46,411 nucleotides of DNA from Octopus bimaculoides. Lineage: Eukaryota. Of this stretch, positions 25,330-38,525 are shown one piece after another (within the stretch, counting starts at the first letter, position 1; every line of letters begins with the position of its first letter). The notes below the pieces were generated by a model. The model ran no database searches, was not told the DNA's origin, and saw only the letters and a list, made by a program, of their open reading frames with translations. The stretch spans positions 109,623,170-109,669,580 of the forward strand of contig NC_068981.1 of assembly GCF_001194135.2 (NCBI RefSeq), written 5' to 3'. The position numbers and the translations under genes were made by a program.

Positions 25330-27597
25330 CCTGGCTCAAATCTGAATTAGGTCACCTTGATAGGAGATGAATCAAGTTTATCTAGTTCCACCACAGTGTA
25401 AACAAATGGATTTTATGTGCACAATTAGAAAACACAACAGTCTACTAAAGGCAACAGACCAAATCTGTAGTTGGAGCAAAGCCTCTACCAGACCATGAGT
25501 GACATGGTGGTGGAACAGTAATGTTGACAGGGCCATAAAAGAGAAGAGATGGGTAAGAGGGAGTAGCAAAGACTCATATCAGAAAGCTAAAAGAGAAGCT
25601 AGACATCCAGTTTATCTAGCTATGGTAGGAGCAGAAAAGAAGAGGTTTGCCAATGTCCTACAGCATGAAGATCAGAGACTTGAAGTGTTCCAGTTTGCTA
25701 GACAGTGTGTTAGAGAGAATTGAGATATTGTGGGAGAGAAGTGTGTGTGAATGGATAATGGTATGCTTGCACTTAATGATGTGGACAAGAAAGAGGAGTG
25801 GAAAAGTTACTATGTAAGACTTGAATGTGGAGAATGAATGAGATAAAGGGAGTCTCAGAGGGACCAGCTATCCTAGTGGACAGCAGCATGGTAGATAAGG
25901 CAAATAAAACATGAAAACTGGGAAAGCCCCTGGTCCATCCATTATCACTGCTGAGATGCTCAAAATGTAGGATATGGGCTAGTCACCCGCACAGTTAATC
26001 AGGTCATTCAGGACGGTGTAATACCTAGTGACTGGCGTAGCAGCATAATTGTTAGCTGCTACAAGGGTAAGGGTGAGGCTTTAGATAGAAGTAATTATAG
26101 AGGCATCAAAGTCCTGGATGAGGTGATGAAAATTATGGACAGAGTTAAAGCCCAATTAATTAGGAGCAGAAGCTAAGAATAAACCAATATACTTTGCATT
26201 CGTTGATCTAGAGAAAGCCTTTGATAGAGTGCCCTGCTGTGTGATATGGTGGGCTCTGAGGAGGTTAGGGGTAGATGAGTGGCTTGTGAAAGCTGTACAG
26301 GCCATGTACAGAGACACCATCAGTAAAGCGAGTTAACCACGAGTACAACAAAGAATTTGGTATACAGGTAGGTGTTCATCAAGCCTCATTCCTCAGTCAA
26401 CTCCTTTTCATTTTTACCCTCTAGGCCATAACAGAGGAATTCACAACTAGCAGCCCCTGGGAACTACTATTTGCTGATGATTTTGCCCTCGTAGCAGAGT
26501 CCATATCAGAGCTAGAAGAAAAATTCTAGGTGTGGAAGCAAAACCTGGAATCTTAAGGTTAACTAAGCAAAGACTAAGGTCTTAGTAAGCAAGAAAACAG
26601 ACAAGCATATACCCCCTTCAGATAGGTGACCCTATTCAATTTGTAGGCAAGAACTCCATTCAGTGTATGCAGTGTAAGCTGTGAACACACAACAGGCACT
26701 GTTGATTAATAGGAAGGTTATCAGTGAAAGTGTTCATCTGTGGAAGATGCACAGGATCCATAAAAACTACAGAGACTTGGGAAATTGAGTCTCTGAAATG
26801 TCCTGGTGGCTTGTTAGAGGTAGTAGATAATTTCTGCTACCTAGGGGACCAAATTAGAAGTGGAAGAGGATGCACAAAGAGTGTAATAACTAAGAATAGG
26901 ATGGAGGAAATTCAAAGAACTTTTACCTCTGTTGGCTACAAAAAGTTTCCCTCTCTTAGTGAAAGGAAAATTGTATGATGCATGTGTACAGACAGCAATT
27001 CTACATGTTAGTGAGACATGGGCCCTGAATGCAGAGGACATGCAAAGGAAGGAGGCTAGTATGCTCCGCTGGGTGTATAATGTAAGTACACATGTTTGAC
27101 AGAGTGCTAGTGTATTGAGAGAGAAGTTAGGCATAAAAGGAATTAGATATAGTGTGCAAAAGAAAAGACCACTGATTTGGTCATATGATGCAGGTGGATG
27201 CCGACAGCTCCACAAAAAAGTGCTGATTTCTCAAAGTAGATGGGACATGTGGAATTGAGAGACCCATGAAAACATGGGATGAGCTCAGGGTGCTGAAACT
27301 TTCAGATGAGATGACAAAAGACTGAGATGCCTGCCACTTTGCTTTACTCAAGAAAACCCGTAATGTCCAGCAGAAGTGTTAAGGCTGCTCTCTCTGATGA
27401 AAAGGATTGGCCTGGAAGAGTCTGGTGCCAGTGTCAGGTAAAAGCACTCAGAACACTCTGTAAAGTGGTTGGCATTAGAAGGGGCATCCAGCTGTAGAAA
27501 CCATGCCAAATTAGACTGGAACCTGGTGCAGCTATCCAGCTTACCAGCTCTGTTCAAACTATCTAACCCATACCAGCATGGAGAACAGACGTTAAAT
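25330..27597 (+). mobile_element. RTE-clade LINE, 5'-truncated and decayed
   Basis: TWWWNSNVDRAIKEKR, KAPGPS, CYKGKGEALDRSNYRGIKVL, LAFVDLEKAFDRVP, WELLFADD, LEVVDNFCYLGD and LYDACVQTAILHVSETW, with many stops and deletions. Ends in the family B tail. Confidence 0.92.
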
Positions 27598-29347
27598 GTA
27601 AAGGTACATCAAAACTCAGGTTTTGATCCTTGGTCACAAATCTATTACATTCCTCCTACAAATATATCTATTACTTTAAAATGCTTTTTGTTATTAAACT
27701 TCTACTCTCAACAGAAAAACTTTGATGAACATTTGAAAGTAGCTTGTGTTGGAAATAACATTTGACAATCGTGTATGAGACATACAAGTGGGAGTTTGTG
27801 AAATCCTTGTAGCTGCTTGTTTAAAATAAAATATATTTGAAATATTTATAACCATAATAAATCATAGCTCAATATATAGTTTTCACCAGGGAAGTTTTTT
27901 TCAAACAAATGAGATTTTGCTTGTTAAGCATCTATTTTGCAATTGAATTATTGTAGCATGTAGACAGGTTCCATCTTCAACCAACAACCACAGCTTGTTT
28001 ATTCAGAAAACATTTTCATACTTTAAATTCCTGTTTCAGCATGAGGTCTGACGTTTTTCTATTATTAATGTAGTATTTGTTTTTGTATCATTTACATATC
28101 CTTCAATTTCCCATTCTTGCTGCTTTTGTATCTGTGAACTCCATCACAAACTCCACAGGTAGAAAAAATGTATGGTAATATTAAGCTTTAGTAGAATGAA
28201 TTCAAAAGAACGTTTATGCTGTGTATACAATCATAAAATCAAATCATTATCAATGATAAATGAAGCAATAAATTTAAAAAAGCATTTCAAATTAACAGCT
28301 GACATTAGAAATCAAAGGGAGATAATTTACTTTACAATGTGATTGAAACTGATCAGTGAAGCATATTTCATAAATAGAGGGTTGATTTTTATGATCGTAA
28401 ATAGCAAAAGCTCATTTTCAAATTCACTCCACTAAACCTTGATATTGCCAAAGCTTCATCTTCTAGTAAGCTCTTCTCTTTTTGAACAAATGAAAATACT
28501 TGTTCATATATCTAATTTGACAATATCTGAATAGAGACTGAGTAAATTGTTAGTAAAACTAATTCATATAAAAAAGAAATACTTCACCGGGTACAATATA
28601 ATTAAGAATAAGAAAATAGAAAATATCAATATTGAGAGAAAAATAAGATAGGAAAACACATAGGATATGTATCTACATTAGGTAGAGGGGAAACCATAGG
28701 GGTGAGTAGTTACAGAAAGGGTTTTTGAATTCATTCTTTCTCCATATACTTTCACTTCATATATAAATAAAAATAGTTTTATTAATATTAGGCTGATATG
28801 TATGGGATATGACATAAAATGTGAATGATATTGAAATAAAATTCTATTTTAATGAAAGGGAAAAGTTGGTTGCAGATGGGTACAACAAATGTTGACTTCA
28901 TTCTTTCCCAGTTAAACATTACAAGTTTGAATGAACTTTCTTGATGAAAAGTATTCAAATATTGCTGAATGTGTTCAGCTTGGTGGATGAGAGTATCACC
29001 GTTCACTCTTCCATTTTAGGCTTCCCTGTGTTTTATGTATAGTTTTGAAAAACTTGACTTTGACATAAATGTTGTTTATGAGATAAAGCAATGAGATGTA
29101 AGGGTATCAGTGCTTTTATCCCCAAGTGATAGGAGAAATACATAATAATTAACTTTAATTAGATTTGAACCTTCATTCTATGTTTCACAATACAAATGAT
29201 GGGGAGAAAAAAAATTTCATTTCCATAAATACAATATAGAATATTAAATTTTAGTTAAATTCACATATTCAATATATGCTTTATATTGAACAATAAATAA
29301 TTAAATTTAAACTCCACGCTTCATTAAAACAAATACGACTTATAATA

Positions 29348-30538
29348 TTGGGTCATTCCATAAATAATGCTGTTTTTTCAATTGCATGAGCTAAAGTCAG
29401 AGGGGTATGGGATAAGAGAGCAATTCGATTGTTATTTTTTCAAAGCTATAATGGAAGTGACAAAGGAGCATTTTCGGCATATTTTGCTTTATAAGTTCAA
29501 TAAAGACAACAACGCAACAGAAAGTGCAAGGAATATTAATGCAGTATATGGGGATTGGACAATAAGCGTAAGCCAGTGTCAATGGTGCTTCTAGAAATTC
29601 CGAGCCAGAAACTACAGGCTGGAAGATGAGGCTCATCCTGGAAGATCTGTAGAGCTCGACGAGAACGTCCTGCAAACCCTGGTGGAACAAAATCCCATCA
29701 TAACTGTTGAGGAACTAGCAGAGAAGCTTAGATTTGGTCATCCAACCATTCATCAACACCTGTGTGCCATTGAAAAAGTCAGCAAATTGGGTCAATAGGT
29801 TCCTCACAAACTTTCCAAGTATAATTGCGCACAGAGAGTGAATGTGTGCTCTTTTTTACTGTAACCTTTTTTCGCGAATGAACCTTTTTTGGACTGAGTA
29901 GTGACTGGTGACGAAAAATGACTTCTCTATAAAAATGTCAAGCAGTGGGTAGGAAAAGGAGAAAAACTGGCAACCCAGGCTAAAGAAGGTCTTCACTCAC
30001 GTAAGGTGTTGTTATCTGTTTGGTGGGATATGAAAAGCCGAGTTCACTTTTAAACCTAAACCAAATGATAACAAAGGAGATCTACTGTGAATAGCTTGAG
30101 TGGCTTAAGTTAGCACTAGAAGAAAAACGACCATCTGATTTGAAGATGAAAGGCATTCTTCCATCAGGATAATACTCAGCCACATACAGCAGGGATGACA
30201 TTCCAAAGGTTGGAGCAGTTTGAATGGGAAATGATGCCCCACCCACCATATTTGCTGGACATTGCCCCATCTGATTATCATTTATTCCGCAGTCTTCAAA
30301 ATCATTTGGACGGAAAAAATATGAATTTTGTAGATGAAGTCAGAACAATACTAGAGGAGTATTCTTCATCACAGACAAGTGAATTTTGGAAGAGGGGCCT
30401 TGCAAGAGTACCAGATAGATGGAAAAGTATTGTAGAAAGAAGGGAGAGTATATTTTAGATTTAAAAAAACTTTCTTTATCTTAATTTTGAAAAATAAAAG
30501 AAGTATAAAAAAACTGCATTATTTATGGGATGACCCAG
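29348..30538 (+). mobile_element. Mariner transposon, near full length (1191 bp), both TIRs and TA TSD, transposase inactivated
   Basis: TA-ttgggtcattccataaataatgc ... gcattatttatgggatgacccag-TA; motifs VTGDEK, HQDN, HPPYLLDIAPSDYHLFRSLQNHL; same family as 479-1463. Confidence 0.95.
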
Positions 30539-30621
30539 TAGATGGAAAGCTGTAAGAAAGAGGAAAATGACGTGTAAATCATACAAAGAAATCAAAGTTT
30601 CAAATTTTATTTGTTCTGCAG

Positions 30622-30715
30622 GTCAATACGACATTTACAAGATGCTTCACAGACTGATGGCAAAGCAGTTATATCTCTCAATAAGTTAAAATTATTTAGA
30701 CAGTTTTATATTTTG
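30622..30715 (+). CDS. GPR107: GPR107 exon (SIRHLQDASQTDGKAVISLNKLKLFRQFYIL), phase 2/0
   Basis: ctgcag acceptor and gtaagt donor; 94 nt. Confidence 0.95.
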
Positions 30716-31129
30716 GTAAGTATTAATTTCTCACCTTTTAAGTTATCATGCCACTTAGTGTTCATTCACTATACACCTCTGTATCTCTCAAGTCTGGCAA
30801 TATTTCTCAGAATAGACTTTACTAATGAGGTCTGATAAGATTAAAACATGACCAAGGTTGTCACTGTTTTGCCCAACATCAGATTTATTCCATATTGTAT
30901 TCTATATATATCTGCCCCTCTCCCATTTCTTTTGGTTGGAAAATAGGAGTGTATAGTAAAATACAACTTTGTGTTTCAACTGTATATTTGAAGAAACTAA
31001 ATTATCACTTTCATGTTCATTTTACTATGCTTGGAGGTGTCTTGTCTGTGACAGTAACTAACCACTTGTTGTGACTCTTTGTTATCTCCTTAGTGAGGTT
31101 TTGCCTTTTCAGATCAATTTTCAACACTT

Positions 31130-31520
31130 TTTTCTATGTCTTCCTCTTCTGCAGGTTTCTTTCACTTGGATTTCTTGGCACTTCTTTATCCAACTGTTAT
31201 CATCTATACCCATAACTGTATCAGCACAGTCTGTTCTCTAGCACACTACACTTGATTCCTCTTATACTCAACTTTTCTCTCAGCTCATTTGTGCTCTCAT
31301 TTATATGCACTTTACCCATCCAGCTGCATATGCTTGTCTCATTCACACATTCACCATATTCAATGCCTGTGTTTTGCCAGCTTGCATTGTTGTCAATAGA
31401 GACTCTTGAACTTTTCCCACCATTTTCACATTGGCTACTGTTGCATTTGAAACCCCATTCTCCATTGCTAATTATGTCATCTAGATAACAAAAGCTATAA
31501 ACTACTTTTAAGGAGACCTC
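31130..31520 (-). mobile_element. RTE LINE 3' fragment
   Basis: The minus strand reads FCYLDDIISNG and LREKLSIRGIKCSVLENRLC, homologous to 26830-27200. Confidence 0.7.
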
Positions 31521-31981
31521 TGAACATTTGTAAGAGTTTATTTCATGAGTACTTTTTATCATTTATACTTGTTTTATATATCCTTTACTTGAAAAACAAA
31601 GGTTAGTAAAAGGAAAGGTATTTGGTTGCAAAACAGTGCCCTGATAATATATTCATCTATCTGATGTTAGCATAGAAAAACAGACATAAAAAACAAATTA
31701 AATGCTGTGTGTGTGTTTACAACTGTGTATTTGCTACATAGTAAGACCTCCTCTGTTAGTTTGGCTCTGATCTCACTACAGTTGATGTTTATCATATCAG
31801 AATTCCTGCTCCCTCCTTTTCTGCATATCAAGCATGACTGTTTCCCAGATAATATCCAAGACATGTCTTCTTTATTGCAACAAATTAATCCTATCTTTTT
31901 ACATATAACATTTTTTGTTTCTTTTTGTCTATTGTAGAACAAATGAAACTGAAATTGTTATTACATTTTCTAATATTTCAG

Positions 31982-32029
31982 ATTGTCTGCTATATTTATT
32001 TTACTAGAATAATTGTCTATTTACTAAAG
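31982..32029 (+). CDS. GPR107: GPR107 exon (IVCYIYFTRIIVYLLK), phase 0/0
   Basis: atttcag acceptor and gtaagt donor; 48 nt. Confidence 0.94.
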
Positions 32030-32542
32030 GTAAGTCCATTTTTTTTTTATGTGCATGAGTTGGGTAAATATGGAGTTTGAATCATTTGTATTTTTGTGAA
32101 CTTTAAACATATTTTGTAGGTCAGTGTTCATTGAAGTATATATTTGTCTCTCATAAAATAACTGAAACCTATTTTCAACTAACTAAGATTTAGTTTGAAT
32201 TGTTAACCTAAGAAAGAGAAGGTGTTCCTTACTCTCATATGCTCTCCACCACTAGAAGATTGTATGAGGTTCTAGAATATTCTCTAACTACATGTCTGAA
32301 TTGAGTTTTTGCAGAAAAACAAACTTTAATAAAGTATCTCTCTCTGCAGTTGTTGGTCAGTTTTGTTCTGAAAGTATTACTTATTTACACACTGAGGTGT
32401 GTATTGGTGATATTTTTAAGGAAAAAAGCAACATCCATATTTTTCATGAACTAAACTATAATTTATATACTGCCTCAAATAGTCTTTACTTAAAGATACC
32501 TCAAAATTGGTAAGAACAAAGCACAAAATAATGATCTATTAT

Positions 32543-32735
32543 TACTCTTTTACTTGTTTCAGTCATTTGACTGTGGCCATGCTGGAGCACTGCTTTTAGT
32601 TGAGCAAATTGACCCCAAGACTTATTCTTTGTAAGCCTCAGTCTCTTTTGCCGAACTGCGAGGTTACGGGAACGTAAACACACCAGCATCGGTTATCAAG
32701 TGATGTTGGGGGGACAAACAGACACGCTAACATAT

Positions 32736-32790
<55 letters not shown>

Positions 32791-32928
32791 GCTTCTTTCA
32801 GTTTCTGTCTATCAAATCCACTCACAAAGCTATAGTAGAAGACACTTGCCCATGGTGCCATGCAGTGGGACTGAACCCGGAACCATGTGGTTCATTCAAG
32901 CTACTTACCACACAGCTACTCCTACGCC
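32543..32928 (-). mobile_element. SINE family A copy with internal (AT)n
   Basis: Reverse complement of the family A head (ccacacagctactcctacgcc) and tail (cttttacttgtttcagtc). Confidence 0.85.
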
Positions 32929-33337
32929 TATTGTTGTGCAGTAAGAATATTCAGTGTTTATATGCTTCGTACTATAAGATTATTAAAATTATTTTAATAT
33001 TTTCACCTTTTACCAAGGTTATTTATTTAGTGGATGCCTTTATATGTATCTTTTTATATTCCAGCAAATTGTACTTTTTTCTTTCATTAAAAAAAAATCA
33101 AAAAACAAACCCTCATTAAAATGTTTTGTGAACAACAGATCCTACTTTAAACTGCACAGTATATTGTTGCACTTTTGATTGTTTTTCCTTGTCATTTTAT
33201 GAAGGTGTATGTGTGTAGTATCTAATGGAGGTTGTTGTTTGTCTAACAGACTGGTCTCTAAAAGATATTAGATTCTGTTAAATTGTTTGAAGAACTTATT
33301 TCAATATTGATATCTTGTTTATATTTTTGAATTACAG

Positions 33338-33498
33338 ATTACAGTACCATTTAAGTATGAGTGGTTGGATCCTATGTTTAAAGAAATGGCAACATTTATC
33401 TTTTTCATAGTGACGGGCTATAAATTCCGTCCAGCCTCTGATAATCCTTACTTGCAAGTTCCTCAAGACAGTGATGAAGAGATAGAAATGGAGGAAGT
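33338..33498 (+). CDS. GPR107: GPR107 exon (ITVPFKYEWL...GYKFRPASDNPYLQVPQDSDEEIEMEE), phase 0/2
   Basis: attacag acceptor and gtaagt donor; 161 nt; contains TM7 and the FRPASDNPY motif. Confidence 0.95.
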
Positions 33499-33699
33499 GT
33501 AAGTTAAAGTCCATTCCTTTCTGAATATTAGAGCAATAGTTATTGCTTTGCTCAACAGTATCAGTAGCTATTAGATACTAAGCTTGTCACCCATTTTTTC
33601 ATGCTCTTTTTCTCCATTTTAGCATCCCAACAACTTTCCCTACCTTCATATCCTTAATTTTGCTTTCAACAGTATAGCTATCTATTTCAATAGTTGGTC

Positions 33700-34495
33700 C
33701 TTCTGGTTTACTATAAAGTGTACCTGGTGCAAGCTATTGACACATGAAAGGTGCAGCAGTATCAGCGGAAAGTTAACAGAAAAAGTAGACGTTATGTGTG
33801 GCAGATGTGTAGGTACAATAAACACTAGGAATGTACAGAAAATAGACTTCTTCATAAGAATGGGCTGGGCAAGGTTCAGAGAGCATCTATCTTTGTTGGT
33901 AACAAATGGCCTCTCCCTGCAGGGCAGATTGTATGATGCTTGTGTACAAACAGCCATGTGACATAGAGTTAAACATGGGCTGTGACTGCAGAGGATATGC
34001 AAAGGCTTGAAAGAAATGAAGCCAGCGCATGTTCTGCTGGATGAGCAATGTTAATGTGCATGTAGGACAGAATGTAAATGTTTTAAGGGAAAAATTGGGT
34101 ATAAGTGGCATCAGATGTAATGTGCAAGAGAGGAGACTGTTGGTATTGGTCGTGTGATGTGAATGGATGAGGACAGCTGTGTAAAGAAGGAAATATGTGG
34201 CAGGGGTACACCCAGGAAGATGTGGGATAAGGTGGTGAAATATGATCTTTGGTTGTTGAGCCTCATTGGAGGTGCAGACAAGTGATCAAGTCTTCTGGCA
34301 ATTTGCTGTGAAATTTGGGCCAGTGCTGATGACATGTAAAATACACCCAATACACTCTGTAAAGTGGTTGACATTAGGAAGGGTATGTAGCAGTAAAAAC
34401 CAAACTAAAACAGATGACTGGAACCTAATGCAACTCTCTGGTCGAACCATTTAACCCATGCCAGTATGGAAAACGGATGTTAAATGATGATGATA
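33700..34495 (+). mobile_element. RTE LINE 3' fragment ending in the family B tail
   Basis: THERCSSISGKL, MGWARFREHLSLL and LQGRLYDACVQTAM; ends gttaaatgatgatgat. Confidence 0.82.
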
Positions 34496-34606
34496 AAGTA
34501 ATTCCTCTTCCATTATTTTCATTCAGTAACCTTTTATAGTAACATTTCAAAGCCTCTTTTTCTTAGCATTAGTAAGGGAAAGTGCACCACTATCATTCTC
34601 TCTTTT

Positions 34607-35004
34607 ACTCTTTTACTTGTTTCAGTCATTTGACTGCAGCCATGCTGGAGCACCGCCTTTAGTTGAGCAAATCGACCCCAGGACTTATTCTTTTTGGAAG
34701 CCTAGTACTTATTCTAACCCGCTAAGTTACGGGGACGTAAACACACCACCATCGGTTGTCAAGCGATGTGTGTGTGTGTGTGGGGGGGGGAAACACAGAC
34801 AAACAAACATATACACACACATACATATAGATACATATATATCACGGGCTTCTTTCAGTTTCCGTCTACCAAATCCACTCACAAAGCTTTGGTCAGCCCG
34901 GGGCTATAGTAGAAGAAACTTGCCCAAGGTGCCACGCAGTAGGAATGAACCCGGAACCATGTGGTTGGTAAGCTAGCTACCTACCACACAGCCACTCCTG
35001 CACC
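34607..35004 (-). mobile_element. SINE family A copy, least decayed (retains CpGs)
   Basis: Full head-to-tail match to family A in reverse orientation. Confidence 0.88.
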
Positions 35005-35731
35005 TATACAATTTTCCCCAAAAACATTTTGCTTTGCATTTATGAACACCTTGACACTCTCACAGAACATTATTAAACCTCTTATTTTCAACTTCTCTCC
35101 ATGCTTACATACTTATTGCTTAGCTTCTTTTCTAGCTACCTAGTAATAATACCTTCCTTGTCTTACACTCTTTCCAGATATGTTTCATAGCATTTATGGA
35201 TCTGGATTTTATGTTATTCTACTGCCATGCCAGTTTCCATCCTGCAAGAGCCTTGTTTATGGTTGTCCTAGGGAAATCCCAGTTGTTCACTATTTGTGAT
35301 AAGTCACTATCTCATCCTGTTTTTTGCTGAGTCTACTAGTATTTTTTTTAACCTATGTCTTCCAAATGCTCCTTCTTCAGATTGCTATGTCTGAGCTCTT
35401 ATTCTGTTGCTAGTCATTGGAAAAGGATGTAGTTTTCATCACCAGTTCATTTTGTTTTGTTTGTATGAATGAAGATCAAGTCGTTGATCAGTTTCCTGCA
35501 ATTTAAGTAGCAAATGATTGTTTGAAGCTGAGAACTCAAAAATCATTGATTCCTCCTTATTCCTTATACTATATTCCTATAAGCTAGAGTAGTCATCACA
35601 TAGTCATTTGATGTTGACACAACTGTTATTTCCTAGAGAGTATTTATTGAAACTAAGATTGAACAAGCTGTATTCTTACAAGACTCATTCATTTTTATCT
35701 AACTTGTACTATTTTGATTTATTTTCTACAG

Positions 35732-35849
35732 GTTAACTAAAAATAGTGCTTTGGACAATGTAGTGAAAGTAAGTCGGTCATCAAAAACTCAGGAGACTGA
35801 GCCAAACACTGGTGCTAAGCAGAGAGAGAGCAGTCACGAATACGACTGA
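35732..35849 (+). CDS. GPR107: GPR107 terminal coding exon (LTKNSALDNVVKV...RESSHEYD*)
   Basis: ttctacag acceptor; phase 2 fits the previous exon; TGA stop; AATAAA at 35896-35901. Confidence 0.82.
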
Positions 35850-38099
35850 AGTCAATCAAGACTTCAGTAAGAGTTGAAAAACTGGGGAAACTGTAAATAA
35901 ACCATGGAAAGAACTGGACCTAAATCAATTGTAAATTCTACACATCTTTTAACAATGATATTTAATTATTATTTCCAGGACCAATTTGTTTTGTCAGAGA
36001 TAGACTATGACCACCACCCCTCATGGAACAGTATGGTCAGGTGAAGAACATAGTGATAATGCTGGTTGGGATTATCATATCAAGATTGTTTCAGCAGGTT
36101 TTAATTTATTTGGCTTTAAATGTATGCAGCTGTTATTTATCACTATATGATCAAATTGTTCTTTACTGCATATGCTATTTTCTGCAAAACTAGGTCAACT
36201 TTCACCTGTTAGAATTAAGATTTTTATATAGGTTACAACAGCACTCACAAACAAAAGTTATAGCTAACATTTATCTTAAAATTAGGCTAGTTGATTTGAG
36301 ATTTCAAGGTGGAGTCAATTGTGATTTAAAATCCTATTGCTCATACCTTTAAAGAAGTGAATCCTTTCTTTCCTTTGTTTCAGCCAAAGTAATTCAACTC
36401 TACTTTGATCTTTTATAAGGCATTCTGATTGTATTCTCAATGCATTGGGAGATCATGTCACAATATCATTTTGGCATCATTTGGAAACTTGATGTATTTG
36501 AGATTTTATTCAAGGAAATACAGGCTTTGTTATTAATCATTTTATTCTTGCTTGAAATGTTGCCCCCAAATCATCCTAACAAAAAAGCATTATATCAGTG
36601 AGACAGCGGGTGACTTGTTAGGGTTCTGTGAATGCTCAGCTAAAAAAAAAAAAAATTATAACACAGACTCCATTGCAGTTCTTGAAACCCTTCCTTTTGT
36701 TTCAGTTTCTTATATATATCTATTGTTGTACTAAAAAAAAAAGCAACAAAAATATTTTCATAGTTACCAGTATTTAAGCCACAAAAGAGTTCATAGCTGA
36801 TGAATAATGAAAAAAAAACATTGGTTTATTCAAGATTGTAACTGAAAATTTTGCTCTGAACAATCCTGATGAGTGTTAATATTTTTTTCTTAGAAAACAT
36901 CAAACAAATAATATCTGGGTAAAAGTCGAGCAAACTATCTGAAAAGTGTCCTTTTAAAATTCTATTCCTGAAGGAGGCTTTTAGTAAATAACAATATATA
37001 CATAACTAAAATAAAAAAAAACTCTGAACAAATATTGCTTTGAAAGGAAGAAAAAAGAAATGGTTGTGAGTTTCTCACTTATTACACTCAGTTTTCATTG
37101 CTTGATTTCCTCTCAACTTTTATTCTTTTCAATGTTATATGAAGGGCAAAGATTTTACTTTATAAAACTTACAGCAGAATGTCATTTTCTGTCTAGGGAC
37201 CAATTTTTGTATGAATGAAGCTTTTAAGATGCCTGCACAAACAACTGATATGTATTAATAGGAATGAAACACACTCTTCCTTGTCTTTGCTCATATCCCC
37301 ACACCAAAAGATGAAAACTTATTTTGCAATCAATTACTAAACCAGCACTATTCATAGTGGGGAAAATTGAATTATGTTTGGTTAATGCATCAATCATAGT
37401 TTAATTTGTGTTAATTTCTCAGGTGTAGTTTATTTTTCATGTCAGTCTTTAAAGACCAATTTGTATAATGGTGGGAGAATAAAGTTCATTTAAAAAATCT
37501 CTTGTAACATATGACAATGCTATCTTGAATTGAAAAAAGGAAATGTGATGGTAGATGTCAAAGTCATATTGATATAGCAGGTGAAAGGTGGTGGTTCTTA
37601 AACATTGTATTCTACTGAGAACTCTCTATTGAGCACCAACTGTGATTGTCAAGGTATTGAATAAACTGTGTTTATAAACCATTTGTTTCAAATAAAATCT
37701 TTCATTCCTAATGATTCCAGCAGCAACTAGTCTTCTGTTAACAGCGATATGACTGGTAGTATCAACTATTTTCTTGTTTGGAACTATTTATAACAGTTAT
37801 CCTTTTGGAAATGGCATGTGTCAGTCTTATCAAATTTAACATTGACATTTTGTACAGATTAAATAAAGACCAACGTTGTCTAAACATTCTTTTCTGTCTT
37901 TTCACTTTCCTTGTTCTATTATTGATTTATAATTATCATTTTAAATCAATTCCATAAGATTCAAACTCCAATGAGAAATACAGAACTGGTAGCAACAGAA
38001 TGCAATAGAGCTTCAAAACTTTGCAGACGTCTGTGTAAAAACACAGACAACACAATGAAAGAAATTTGCATACTGGCTGTTGGTGCAAAATGCTTACTT

Positions 38100-38223
38100 G
38101 TGGGGAGATGAGTTGTTTCTATCTCTAGTAGTTGAACGTCCATCATTGATAAAACTAAGGAATGTTGAAATCATGGGATCGGATGGTCTCAGTGCTGGAG
38201 ATGGTGGGGATTTATTGTCCCAC
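38100..38223 (+). ncRNA. Candidate structured RNA hairpin, copy 1 (family unknown)
   Basis: 38100-38130 pairs with 38193-38223 in one register: 18 Watson-Crick pairs, 10 G-U pairs and 3 mismatches. Covaries with copy 2. Confidence 0.6.
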
Positions 38224-38401
38224 TAGCAATATAAACATATGCATTTTTCACCAAACACCAATATGAGTTTCTCTCATGGTATTTACTGCAGTATAGTTTG
38301 TTCTAACAGAACATTCGCACTTAAGTAGGGATAAATATTACTTTTCAGTATTAATACTGCCTCTATTGCTAATATTGTTTAACAAGCTCACTGTATTGCT
38401 G

Positions 38402-38525
38402 GTGGGGAGATGAGTTGCTTCCATCTCTGACGGTCAAGCATCCATCATTGATAAAACTGAGGAAGGTTGAGATCATATGATCTGGTGCTCTCAACGTCAG
38501 AGGTGGCAGGGATTTATCTCCCCAC
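38402..38525 (+). ncRNA. Candidate structured RNA hairpin, copy 2 (family unknown)
   Basis: 38402-38432 pairs with 38495-38525: 25 Watson-Crick pairs, 4 G-U pairs and 2 mismatches. The stem extends 8 more bp outward (tattgctg/tagtaata). Confidence 0.62.

Noticed and set aside
38140-38180. SECIS, C/D box or H/ACA interpretation of the hairpins
   Set aside because: The minus-strand AUGA...UGAU lacks helix II and the apical AAA, and neither gene shows an in-frame Sec codon. There is no canonical RUGAUGA/CUGA pair. An ANANNA-like box follows each hairpin, but a terminal ACA is not at an equivalent position in copy 2.
38098-38524. Duplicated minus-strand coding exons (tag|WDNKSPP...MISTFLSFINDG...|gtaagc and the paralogous copy)
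   Set aside because: Each copy has one open frame and splice-like ends. However, most differences are non-synonymous in that frame while preserving base pairing, and the region lies downstream of the NUP188 stop. RNA structure explains the conservation better. Junction reads would be needed to revive this idea.
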